A stretch of 64,000 nucleotides of DNA, from assembly GCA_963931155.1 (NCBI GenBank), contig OZ006978.1, forward strand, positions 1,300,692-1,364,691, in the 5' to 3' direction. The DNA is from an uncultured Clostridia bacterium (lineage in GTDB: Bacteria > Bacillota > Clostridia > TANB77 > CAG-508). Position numbers and translations under genes: made by a program. Shown one piece after another: positions 49,856-58,312 of this stretch (position 1 is its first letter; every line of letters starts with the position of its first letter). Below the pieces are notes generated by a model. The model was given only the letters and a program-made list of their open reading frames with translations, had not been told where the DNA came from and searched no databases.

Positions 49856-51172
49856 ATGGGAAATATAAAGATAAACTTTGATAATGCAAAGGATTTTGAG
49901 AAAAAAATAATGAAGTATTCTAGGCAAGTTAAAGAAACTCATAAAGAATTACATGCAAAAGCTGACTATAAAAATGAATTTTGTGGATGGCTTAATTTAC
50001 CTACAAATTATGATAAAGAAGAGTTTGAAAAAATAAAAAAAGCTGCTAAAAAAATACAAGCAGATTCAGATATATTATTAGTTATTGGAATTGGAGGTTC
50101 TTATTTAGGTGCTAGAGCTGTTATTGAATCTCTTAATAACACATTTTACAATATGCAAGATAATACTCAAAGAAAAACACCTCAAATATTATATGTAGGA
50201 AATTCACTAAGTCCAAACTATATAAGTGATTTAGTAAATTATATTGGTGATAAAGATATTTCTATAAATGTTATTTCTAAATCAGGTACAACTACAGAAC
50301 CTGCTATAGCTTTTAGAATTTTTAGAGAAATAATGGAAAACAAATACAGTCTAAAAGAGGCAAGATCTAGAATTTATGTAACAACAGATAGTGAAAAAGG
50401 TGCATTAAAAACACTTGCAGATAAGGAAAAATATACTACATTTGTTATTCCAGATAATGTGGGAGGAAGGTACTCTGTTTTAACAGCTGTTGGTTTACTT
50501 CCAATAGCTACTGCGGGAGTGAATATCGATGAATTAATGGAGGGAGCAAGAATAGCTCAAGACAGATATTCAGATGAAAATTTAAAATATAATGAGTGTT
50601 ATAAATATGCAGTTTTAAGAAATATTTTATATGAAGATGAAAAAAATATAGAAATTTTGGTTACATATGAACCAAAAATGCATTATTTTATTGAATGGTG
50701 GAAACAATTATTTGGAGAAAGTGAAGGTAAGGAGCAAAAAGGAATTTACCCATCTGGAGCAGAATTTACTACAGATTTACATTCATTAGGTCAATATATT
50801 CAACAAGGAAGAAGAAATTTATTTGAAACAGTTATAAGCATAGAAAATCCAGAAAATGATATAGAATTAAAAAAAGAAGAAGATGACATGGATAATTTGA
50901 ATTATTTAGCTGGAAAAACAATGGACTATGTAAACAAAAAAGCGATGGAAGCAACTATTGCAGCACATGTTGAAGGAGATGTTCCAAATATTGTAGTTAA
51001 TATTAATAAATTGGATGCAAATAACATGGGACAATTAATATATTTCTTTGAATTGGCATGTGCTATGTCTGGTTCAATATTAGGAATTAATCCATTTAAT
51101 CAACCAGGAGTGGAAAAATACAAAACAAACATGTTTAAACTATTAGGAAAACCAGGATATGAAGGAAAATAA
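49856..51172 (+). CDS. pgi: glucose-6-phosphate isomerase
   Basis: Firmicute-type PGI of about 440 aa ([18 protein letters not shown]). Start at the ATG after AAAGGAGGAG. Confidence 0.9.
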   Translation: MGNIKINFDNAKDFEKKIMKYSRQVKETHKELHAKADYKNEFCGWLNLPTNYDKEEFEKIKKAAKKIQADSDILLVIGIGGSYLGARAVIESLNNTFYNMQDNTQRKTPQILYVGNSLSPNYISDLVNYIGDKDISINVISKSGTTTEPAIAFRIFREIMENKYSLKEARSRIYVTTDSEKGALKTLADKEKYTTFVIPDNVGGRYSVLTAVGLLPIATAGVNIDELMEGARIAQDRYSDENLKYNECYKYAVLRNILYEDEKNIEILVTYEPKMHYFIEWWKQLFGESEGKEQKGIYPSGAEFTTDLHSLGQYIQQGRRNLFETVISIENPENDIELKKEEDDMDNLNYLAGKTMDYVNKKAMEATIAAHVEGDVPNIVVNINKLDANNMGQLIYFFELACAMSGSILGINPFNQPGVEKYKTNMFKLLGKPGYEGK

Positions 51173-51202
51173 TTCAAATGAAAAAATAAAGAGGAAAAAA
51201 GA

Positions 51203-54200
51203 ATGAAAAACAAAGTAAAAAATTTAAAAAGCTTATTATTTTTATTAATTATTTTTGTAGTATTAGCATTTTCAAACACAGTATATGCTATTGATGGGCT
51301 AACCATTGCAGAACCAACAGATGAATATAAAGCATATATGGAATTAAGTGATGAAGAAAAGAATAAAGTGTTAGAACCAAAAAGATATAATGTTATAGCA
51401 CCAGAGTCAACTTCATCAAAATTAAATAAGATGAATAATTTATTTAAATTAACAGATATACTAGAAGATTCCTTAAATAAAGAATATGATTTAAGAAATA
51501 TAATTCCTAATAATGTTTTAGTAAGAGACCAAATGCAGACAGATTCATGTTGGGCATTTGCAGGATTAGGTATGCTAGAAAGTAGCTTGGGAATGAGAGA
51601 TTACAAGTTAGGAAATACTAAAAATATATATGATTTCTCAGAGAGACATATGTTTTATGCTTCAAAAAGAAGTTTCTTTAATAATAATCAATTCAATGAG
51701 TATGGATATACTACAGATGTTTCAGGAGGAAACTTTAATGAAGTAAGAAACTATTTTACAAATGGAATGGGAGCAATTGCAGAATCTGATATGCCATTTG
51801 AAAATAATGAGAATTATATTAATCTTTCAGACATACAAAACAAAAACACAATAACTACATTATATGACACAATTGAATTTGAAGATATAGAAGATGTGGG
51901 AAAAACAGAGCTTATGGCAAAAATGAAGCAAACTATATCAAATTATGGAGGAATTTTTGCGGGAGTTCATGGTGCACAATTACTTTCAGATGCATATAAC
52001 AATAAAACAGGAGCTATATATTGTGATCCAAATGACCAAGAAAATAGTTACGCAATGAATCATGCTGTTGTAATAATTGGCTGGGATGATAATTATAGCA
52101 GAGATAATTTTAATGAGGAACATAAACCACAAAATAATGGTGCATGGATAGTAAAAAATTCATGGGGAGATCAATTAACTGCAAATTTAAAAGAGCAAAA
52201 GCAAACTTTATATAATAAATATACAGCAGAATATAATGAAAAAGGTTGGTATTCAGCAGATGATATACCAAATGATTATATTATAGAGTTATTTGTTGAA
52301 AATGGTTATGGAGAAGGAAAAGTTTCAATAGAAGGTGAAAACATAGTTATTGATATTGGAGATAATGGTTATATGTATATCTCGTATGAAGATAAAAACA
52401 TATATAATAATCTATATGCAGTTGAAAAAGCTAGTAGTGAGAAAGATTATGACAATTTATATCAACATGATAAAAGGGCAGCTAATATACCAATAATTTA
52501 TCCAACTCAATCAGTGTATATCGCTAATAAATTTGAAAGAGATGCAGAAAAAACAGAATATTTAGATAAAATAGGATTTTATACATATCAAGAAGTTACA
52601 TGTGAAGCTTATGTGAATTCAGCAGATGGAGATTTAACAAATACAAAATTAAAAAAAGTAAACTTAAAAGAGGGAAGTAGCATTACTGTAGAACCAGGCT
52701 ATCATGTTTTAGAATTGGCAGAGCCAGTACAACTAACAGGAAGTTCATTTGTTGTTTCATTACGTATTTCTACAACTGAAGATGAAATAACATTTACAGA
52801 AGAAACTAAGGAAACAGATGAAAATGCTGAAATCGGACCAGACAAAAGTTTCTTTACAGATGATGATAACTTTAAAGTAAACAATTGGGAAGATTTAGGA
52901 ACGTACGAAACAGAAGAGGTTAGAGGAAATTTATCAATAAAAGCATTTACAGATAATGAAGGACCAGTTAAAAACTTAGAAAAAATTGAAATAACTACAC
53001 CACCAACTAAAACAGAATATATGGAAGGAGAAACCTTTGATAAAACAGGAATGGTTGTAAAGGCAAGTTATAGTAATTCCACATCACAAGAGGTAACAAA
53101 TTATAAAATTACAGATGGAGATAAACTTACATATGGGCAAGACCATGTTACTATACAATATGAAGAAAATGGAATTTCAAAAACTGCAACACAAGCTATT
53201 ACTGTAAACAAGGAAGAAACGCCAGAGCCTGTAGAAATTACAAATGTAACTATTAAGTCACTTCCTAGTAAATTAACATATATACAAAATGAAGAAGAAT
53301 TAGATTTAACTGGAGGTGTTTTAGAAGTAACATATAGTGATGGTAATGTAATTCAGTTAGATATGAAATCTACAGAGATTATTGTTACTGGTTTTGATAA
53401 TACAAAACTTGGAAAACAAACAATAACAATAACATACTCAAATAGACAACTTACTTTTGAAATAGAAATTATAGAAAAGACTGAACCTGTTGATCCTGAG
53501 AATCCAGGTGGTACAGATGAACCAGAAAATCCTGGGCAACCAGAAAACCCTCAAAATCCAGAAGAACAAATAAAACCAGTATTATCTGATTTTACAAATA
53601 TGCGAACAGAATATCTTCAAGCATTAATATATCTTTTTTCAGGAGATGAAGAATCATATATAGATTTTGAAATAAAGGTATCTAATATTGTAAATGGTAG
53701 TGACAAAACAAATTACACTTATTATTATCATTTTTCTGGAATAGGTACAGATGAGAATATTAATAATTGGATAAAAATAGAGAACCCTGAAATAAATGTA
53801 GCAAATGATGGAACAAAAACATTAACATTTAAAGTTAATAGCAAAGATATACCTGATTTTAGTGAAATATCTAAAAGCACAACACTATATTTATATTTAA
53901 AAGAAGATGCAGAAGCATCTGGTGAAACATTAAGTCAGGTAGTGTTAGATGAAGTTGAGAAAACAGAAAATACATTTGTAAAAGTATATAATGATGAAGA
54001 AGAAGTAGGAACAGTAGATGATGTAATTAACATATCAGGAAATAATCATCAAGCTCCAAATACTAACTATTCTGGTACAGAAGATACAGGAGATAATACA
54101 GTAGCAAAAGGAATACTTCCACAAGCAGGAGCTATATCAATAGGAATTGCAATAGCTGTATTAATAGGAATAGGAATATATACATTTATAAAACATAGAA

Positions 54201-54214
54201 ATATAGACAAATAA
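51203..54214 (+). CDS. cell-surface C1 (papain-like) cysteine peptidase with Ig-like repeats and C-terminal sorting-signal-like anchor
   Basis: Signal peptide, QMQTDSCWAF (catalytic Cys), NHAVVIIGWDD (His), bacterial Ig-like repeats, Pro-rich linker. C-terminal LPQAG + TM + KHRNIDK. Confidence 0.8.
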   Translation: MKNKVKNLKSLLFLLIIFVVLAFSNTVYAIDGLTIAEPTDEYKAYMELSDEEKNKVLEPKRYNVIAPESTSSKLNKMNNLFKLTDILEDSLNKEYDLRNIIPNNVLVRDQMQTDSCWAFAGLGMLESSLGMRDYKLGNTKNIYDFSERHMFYASKRSFFNNNQFNEYGYTTDVSGGNFNEVRNYFTNGMGAIAESDMPFENNENYINLSDIQNKNTITTLYDTIEFEDIEDVGKTELMAKMKQTISNYGGIFAGVHGAQLLSDAYNNKTGAIYCDPNDQENSYAMNHAVVIIGWDDNYSRDNFNEEHKPQNNGAWIVKNSWGDQLTANLKEQKQTLYNKYTAEYNEKGWYSADDIPNDYIIELFVENGYGEGKVSIEGENIVIDIGDNGYMYISYEDKNIYNNLYAVEKASSEKDYDNLYQHDKRAANIPIIYPTQSVYIANKFERDAEKTEYLDKIGFYTYQEVTCEAYVNSADGDLTNTKLKKVNLKEGSSITVEPGYHVLELAEPVQLTGSSFVVSLRISTTEDEITFTEETKETDENAEIGPDKSFFTDDDNFKVNNWEDLGTYETEEVRGNLSIKAFTDNEGPVKNLEKIEITTPPTKTEYMEGETFDKTGMVVKASYSNSTSQEVTNYKITDGDKLTYGQDHVTIQYEENGISKTATQAITVNKEETPEPVEITNVTIKSLPSKLTYIQNEEELDLTGGVLEVTYSDGNVIQLDMKSTEIIVTGFDNTKLGKQTITITYSNRQLTFEIEIIEKTEPVDPENPGGTDEPENPGQPENPQNPEEQIKPVLSDFTNMRTEYLQALIYLFSGDEESYIDFEIKVSNIVNGSDKTNYTYYYHFSGIGTDENINNWIKIENPEINVANDGTKTLTFKVNSKDIPDFSEISKSTTLYLYLKEDAEASGETLSQVVLDEVEKTENTFVKVYNDEEEVGTVDDVINISGNNHQAPNTNYSGTEDTGDNTVAKGILPQAGAISIGIAIAVLIGIGIYTFIKHRNIDK

Positions 54215-54245
54215 AAAATTATAAAATTGTGTTATAATAAAACTA

Positions 54246-54515
54246 TTGACATAATGTGCTTATATAAGTTATAATATGAATTGTATTTAAATAAACAAAA
54301 ACATAAATGAGACAAAGTAAAATAAGGGTTGTTTACAGAGAGGAATAGTTATAAGCTGAAAGCTATTCTAAATAAATGTATTTGAAAAACTACCTCATTG
54401 TTTCTAGAAAAACTAGACGTATGCTTGCGTTAAAAGTTAATTAAGTTAAATAAAGGGTGGAACCGTGTATAAAAAAGCACCCCTCTAATAGTTACTATTA
54501 GAGGGGGCTTTTATA
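54246..54515 (+). promoter_or_regulatory. promoter (TTGACA-18-TATAAT) and T-box riboswitch leader (Thr specifier) of thrS
   Basis: AGAGA stem I motif, specifier region aaaaACUAcc, T-box aaaGGGTGGaACCGtg, terminator agcacccctctaatag/ctattagagggggctttt. Confidence 0.7.
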
Positions 54516-54517
54516 TG

Positions 54518-54647
54518 TAATAGGAAATTTCTCTGAAATTCCTATTACATATAAAGGCTATAATCGCCATTGCCTTTAGGATTTCCTCCTTATAGTCGGA
54601 AACCTAAATCGGCACGAACAAATGGTGACTTCGACCTTTTGTTCTCC
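54518..54647 (+). repeat. MITE/PATE-like element (hairpin + diverged core) inserted between the T-box terminator and the thrS start
   Basis: gtaataggaaatttctctgaaattcctattac followed by a core of about 100 nt related to 28544-28639. Confidence 0.55.
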
Positions 54648-54678
54648 AAATAGATAAAATAAAGAAAGGATGATTATT

Positions 54679-56589
54679 ATGAAAATTACTTTAAAAGATG
54701 GATCTATCAAAGAAGTAAAACAAGGTATTACAGTTTTAGAATTAGCAAAAGAAATAAGCGAAGGGTTAGCTAGAATGGCAACTTGTGCCAAAGTTAATGG
54801 AAAAGTAAGAGATTTAAGATATGAAATTAAAGAAGACTCAGAAGTTGAAATATGCACTTTTGAAAATAGTGAAGATGGAAAAAAAGCGTATTGGCATACA
54901 ACAGCACATATAATGGCACAAGCTATTAAAAGAATATATGGAAATGATATAAAATTAACAATAGGACCTGCAATTGATAAAGGTTTTTATTACGATTTTG
55001 ATGTTAAAGAAAATATTTCTTCAGACGACTTTGAAAAGATTGAGGCAGAAATGAAGAAAATAATAAAAGAAGATTTGCCAATTGAAAGATTTACTCTTCA
55101 AAGAAATGAAGCTATAAAATTTATGAAAGAACAAGCAGAAGACTATAAAGTCGAATTAATAGAAGAACTTCCTGAAGGAGAGGAAATATCATTTTATAAG
55201 CAAGGAGAATTTACAGACCTTTGTGCAGGACCACACTTAATGAGTACAGGAAAAGTTAAAGCAGTTAAGATATTATCCTCTTCAGGAGCATATTGGAGAG
55301 GTGACGAGAATAATAAAATGCTTCAAAGATTTTATGGAATATCTTATCCAAAGGCTAGCCAATTGGAAGAGTATTTAAATATGCTAGAAGAAGCTAAAAA
55401 ACGTGACCATAAAAAACTAGGAAAAGAATTAGAATTATTTATGATTGCACCAGAAGGACCAGGATTCCCATTTTTCTTACCAAAGGGAATGGTACTAAGA
55501 AACGTACTAGAGGATTTTTGGAGAGATATTCATAGAAAAAACGGATATGTTGAAATAAAAACTCCAATGATATTAAATGAAGAATTATGGCATCGTTCAG
55601 GACATTGGGATCATTACAAAGAAAATATGTATACCACAAAAATAGATGATGTAGATTATGGTATTAAGCCAATGAACTGCCCAGGAGGAATGCTTGTATA
55701 TAAGAGTAAAATGCATTCATACAAGGATTTACCAATAAGAGCAGGAGAGTTAGGACTAGTTCACAGACATGAAAAATCTGGAGAATTAAATGGATTATTC
55801 AGAGTAAGATGCTTCACACAAGATGATGCACATATATTTTGTTTGCCAGAGCAAATAGAAGCTGAAATAGCAGGAATAATGAAACTTGTAGATGAAGTGT
55901 ATAGCATTTTTGGATTTGAATATACAGTAGAGCTTTCTACAAGACCAGAAGATTCAATGGGGTCTGATGAGCAATGGAAAATGGCAGAAGGAGCCTTAAA
56001 AAAAGTACTTAAAGATATGGATATGCCATATGAAATAAATGAAGGAGATGGAGCTTTCTATGGCCCTAAGATAGATTTCCATATAAAAGACTCCTTAGGA
56101 CGTGAATGGCAATGCGGTACAATACAACTAGATTTCCAAATGCCAGAGAGATTTGACTTAACATATATTGGTGAAGATGGAGAAAAACATAGACCAGTTA
56201 TGCTTCATAGGGTTATATTTGGAAGTATAGAAAGATTTATTGGAGTACTTATTGAAAATTATGCAGGAGCATTCCCAACATGGCTTGCACCAGTACAAGT
56301 AGAACTCTTGTCAATTGCAGATACACATGTAGAATATGCAAATCAAGTAAAAGCAAAATTAGAAGATGTTGGAATTAGAGTAGAGTTAGATGATAGAAAT
56401 GAAAAAATTGGATATAAGATAAGAGAAGCACAACTTCAAAAAATACCTTATATGCTAATACTAGGAGATAAAGAAAAAGAAAAAGGAACAGTAGGTGTTC
56501 GTTCTAGAAAAGATGGAGACATAGGAGCAATGGATTTAGATGATTTTATTGCTAAAATAGTTGAAGAAATAGATACTTTTGCAAAATAA
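54679..56589 (+). CDS. thrS: threonine--tRNA ligase
   Basis: TGS domain, class II core, anticodon-binding domain. Start at MKITLKDG. Confidence 0.95.
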   Translation: MKITLKDGSIKEVKQGITVLELAKEISEGLARMATCAKVNGKVRDLRYEIKEDSEVEICTFENSEDGKKAYWHTTAHIMAQAIKRIYGNDIKLTIGPAIDKGFYYDFDVKENISSDDFEKIEAEMKKIIKEDLPIERFTLQRNEAIKFMKEQAEDYKVELIEELPEGEEISFYKQGEFTDLCAGPHLMSTGKVKAVKILSSSGAYWRGDENNKMLQRFYGISYPKASQLEEYLNMLEEAKKRDHKKLGKELELFMIAPEGPGFPFFLPKGMVLRNVLEDFWRDIHRKNGYVEIKTPMILNEELWHRSGHWDHYKENMYTTKIDDVDYGIKPMNCPGGMLVYKSKMHSYKDLPIRAGELGLVHRHEKSGELNGLFRVRCFTQDDAHIFCLPEQIEAEIAGIMKLVDEVYSIFGFEYTVELSTRPEDSMGSDEQWKMAEGALKKVLKDMDMPYEINEGDGAFYGPKIDFHIKDSLGREWQCGTIQLDFQMPERFDLTYIGEDGEKHRPVMLHRVIFGSIERFIGVLIENYAGAFPTWLAPVQVELLSIADTHVEYANQVKAKLEDVGIRVELDDRNEKIGYKIREAQLQKIPYMLILGDKEKEKGTVGVRSRKDGDIGAMDLDDFIAKIVEEIDTFAK

Positions 56590-56602
56590 AGCAGGTCATA
56601 TT

Positions 56603-56632
56603 GAAAAAAATCAAAAAAATGCTATAATCATT
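56603..56632 (+). promoter_or_regulatory. sigma-A-like promoter TTGAAA-16-TATAAT for the HD gene
   Basis: Read directly upstream of the strong SD GTAAGGAGGAG. Confidence 0.45.
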
Positions 56633-56665
56633 AAATAGTTAAAACTACTATGTAAGGAGGAGCTT

Positions 56666-57097
56666 ATGGTATATACTGAAGCAACTGAAAGAGCGATGAG
56701 AATCGCATATAATGCACATCATGGACAACTTGACAAATCAGGAGTACCTTACATTTTCCACCCTATTCATTTGGCAGAACAGATGGGAACGGAGGCGGAG
56801 TGCATTGTTGCACTTTTGCATGACACGGTGGAGGACACCGATGTGACCCTAGATGAGCTGTCAGAACAGTTTTCGAGCAGTATCATCGAGGCTTTGAAGC
56901 TTCTTACACATGACAAGTCTGTGGACTACTTCGACTATGTTAGGATGGTGAAGGACAATCCGATTGCAAGGAAAGTTAAGCTTGCAGATCTAAGACACAA
57001 TAGTGACATGTCTAGAATCAAAAATCCAACTGAAAAGGATTGGAGGCGTGCAAAGAAGTATCAAAAAGCGATTGAAATGTTGAATAGGGAGGAATAA
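56666..57097 (+). CDS. small HD-domain (p)ppGpp-hydrolase-like protein (small alarmone hydrolase, SAH-type)
   Basis: 143 aa aligning with the HD domain of the window's own Rel (HPIHLAEQ..., ALLHDTVEDT). GC rises to about 45 % after the first 100 nt. Confidence 0.8.
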   Translation: MVYTEATERAMRIAYNAHHGQLDKSGVPYIFHPIHLAEQMGTEAECIVALLHDTVEDTDVTLDELSEQFSSSIIEALKLLTHDKSVDYFDYVRMVKDNPIARKVKLADLRHNSDMSRIKNPTEKDWRRAKKYQKAIEMLNREE

Positions 57098-57102
57098 GTC
57101 TT

Positions 57103-57139
57103 CCACCAAAAAAGAGACCATTGGTCTCTTTTTTGGTGG
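57103..57139. terminator. bidirectional hairpin terminator
   Basis: ccaccaaaaaagagaccattggtctcttttttggtgg. Confidence 0.7.
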
Positions 57140-57157
57140 ATAGAAAAAGTGATAAAT

Positions 57158-57186
57158 TTGAGAAAATAGCTAAAATATGCTATAAT
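57158..57186 (+). promoter_or_regulatory. sigma-A promoter TTGAGA-17-TATAAT for the synthetase-domain gene
   Basis: Near-consensus hexamers, 17-nt spacer. SD AAAGGAG 7 nt before the ATG at 57231. Confidence 0.55.
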
Positions 57187-57230
57187 TAAAGAGTAAACCG
57201 TTTTACAAACAACCGAAAGGAGTATGCAAC

Positions 57231-58142
57231 ATGAGGGTTACAGACACCCTGGAATTTCCTGATATGCAGGAAATTCTGGAAAAAGCGCACAACATCGATG
57301 ATGTTTGGACTGCGCTTATCGCATGGTTCAGTGAGGATCCAAACAACTTGGAGAAGGTCGCATGTGCGAACAAGCTCATCGAGTTTAACAACATGCGGAA
57401 TTCGGATCTGGTCATCAAGCTTGATCAAGATGTTCGTGAAATCAAAGATGTCCTTCGCGGGATATCCAGAAGATACGGACACACGATTACAGTGACCAGG
57501 CGTCAAAAGGCGCTCATTGGTGTCATCGCAAAGATGGTGATACTAATTCAGCGAGGTGAGAAACGAGGCACGAATGTGTTCTCCTCTCTTGAAAGTCTGA
57601 AAGACTTTATCGGCATTCGAATTGTTGCTCAGACTGGAAAGAAGGATACACCAAAAAGCCAGCAGATGGCTTACGACATCATGAACGAGGTGCTTAGGTT
57701 CCTTGTTGTCGACAAGAAGAACACTCTGTCTACGGTCACACAGGATCGCACGGTGCGAGAGCTGGATGGCATCTTGATTCCGAAGGAGTCTGGAGTTTTG
57801 GACGTCTTCAGGGACAACGTGAAGGACTACTTTTACTATGCCAAACCCAATGGCTACCAGTGCCTGCACGCTGTTCCCATGGGACCTGACCAGCAAACGG
57901 TCGAGATTCAGGTAAGGACTCAAGAAGCCGAAGTGCGAGCAGAGTATGCCGAGGCAACTAGCCATGAAGCTCACAGACTGCTTCGCTATGAAGACTTCGA
58001 GATTCCGGTCGACCTGTCTAGGGTCGACATCGAAGGTGTCACCTTGGTTGAATTCGAGGGCGAAACTTCGGTTCCTAGTGGCACCATCTACGATAGAGTC
58101 GGACTCGTTAGCTCGGTTGATCCATTGAACCTTTTGCGTTAG
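57231..58142 (+). CDS. RelA/SpoT-synthetase-domain protein (small alarmone synthetase / toxSAS-like nucleotide pyrophosphokinase), GC-rich
   Basis: About 48 % GC. Aligns to the Rel synthetase core: DFIGIRIVAQT (DLFALRILV), NGYQCLHAV (YQSLHT), EIQVRTQ...AEYAEA (EVQIRT...AEYGIA). Confidence 0.8.
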   Translation: MRVTDTLEFPDMQEILEKAHNIDDVWTALIAWFSEDPNNLEKVACANKLIEFNNMRNSDLVIKLDQDVREIKDVLRGISRRYGHTITVTRRQKALIGVIAKMVILIQRGEKRGTNVFSSLESLKDFIGIRIVAQTGKKDTPKSQQMAYDIMNEVLRFLVVDKKNTLSTVTQDRTVRELDGILIPKESGVLDVFRDNVKDYFYYAKPNGYQCLHAVPMGPDQQTVEIQVRTQEAEVRAEYAEATSHEAHRLLRYEDFEIPVDLSRVDIEGVTLVEFEGETSVPSGTIYDRVGLVSSVDPLNLLR

Positions 58143-58148
58143 AGGTTG

Positions 58149-58186
58149 CAATTGCCCGGGGAGAAATTCCCTGGGCAATTGTTTTG
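58149..58186 (+). terminator. GC-rich rho-independent terminator
   Basis: caattgcccgggg-agaaatt-ccctgggcaattg followed by ttttgg. Confidence 0.65.
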
Positions 58187-58312
58187 GAAAAATAAGAAAG
58201 TTTAGTAACTTTATTATATAAAAACTTTTTCTGAAATTCATATTTTCATATAGAATAATAAAGAAACTTGTGATATAATGCAATACGAAAGAATAATTGA
58301 AGGAGGCAAATT

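Noticed and set aside
57543-58283. 246-aa - strand ORF (and 57186-57506, 57946-58128 ORFs) overlapping the synthetase-domain gene
   Set aside because: Antisense open frames typical of GC-rich sequence. No ribosome-binding sites. The + strand ORF carries the recognisable RelA/SpoT motifs.
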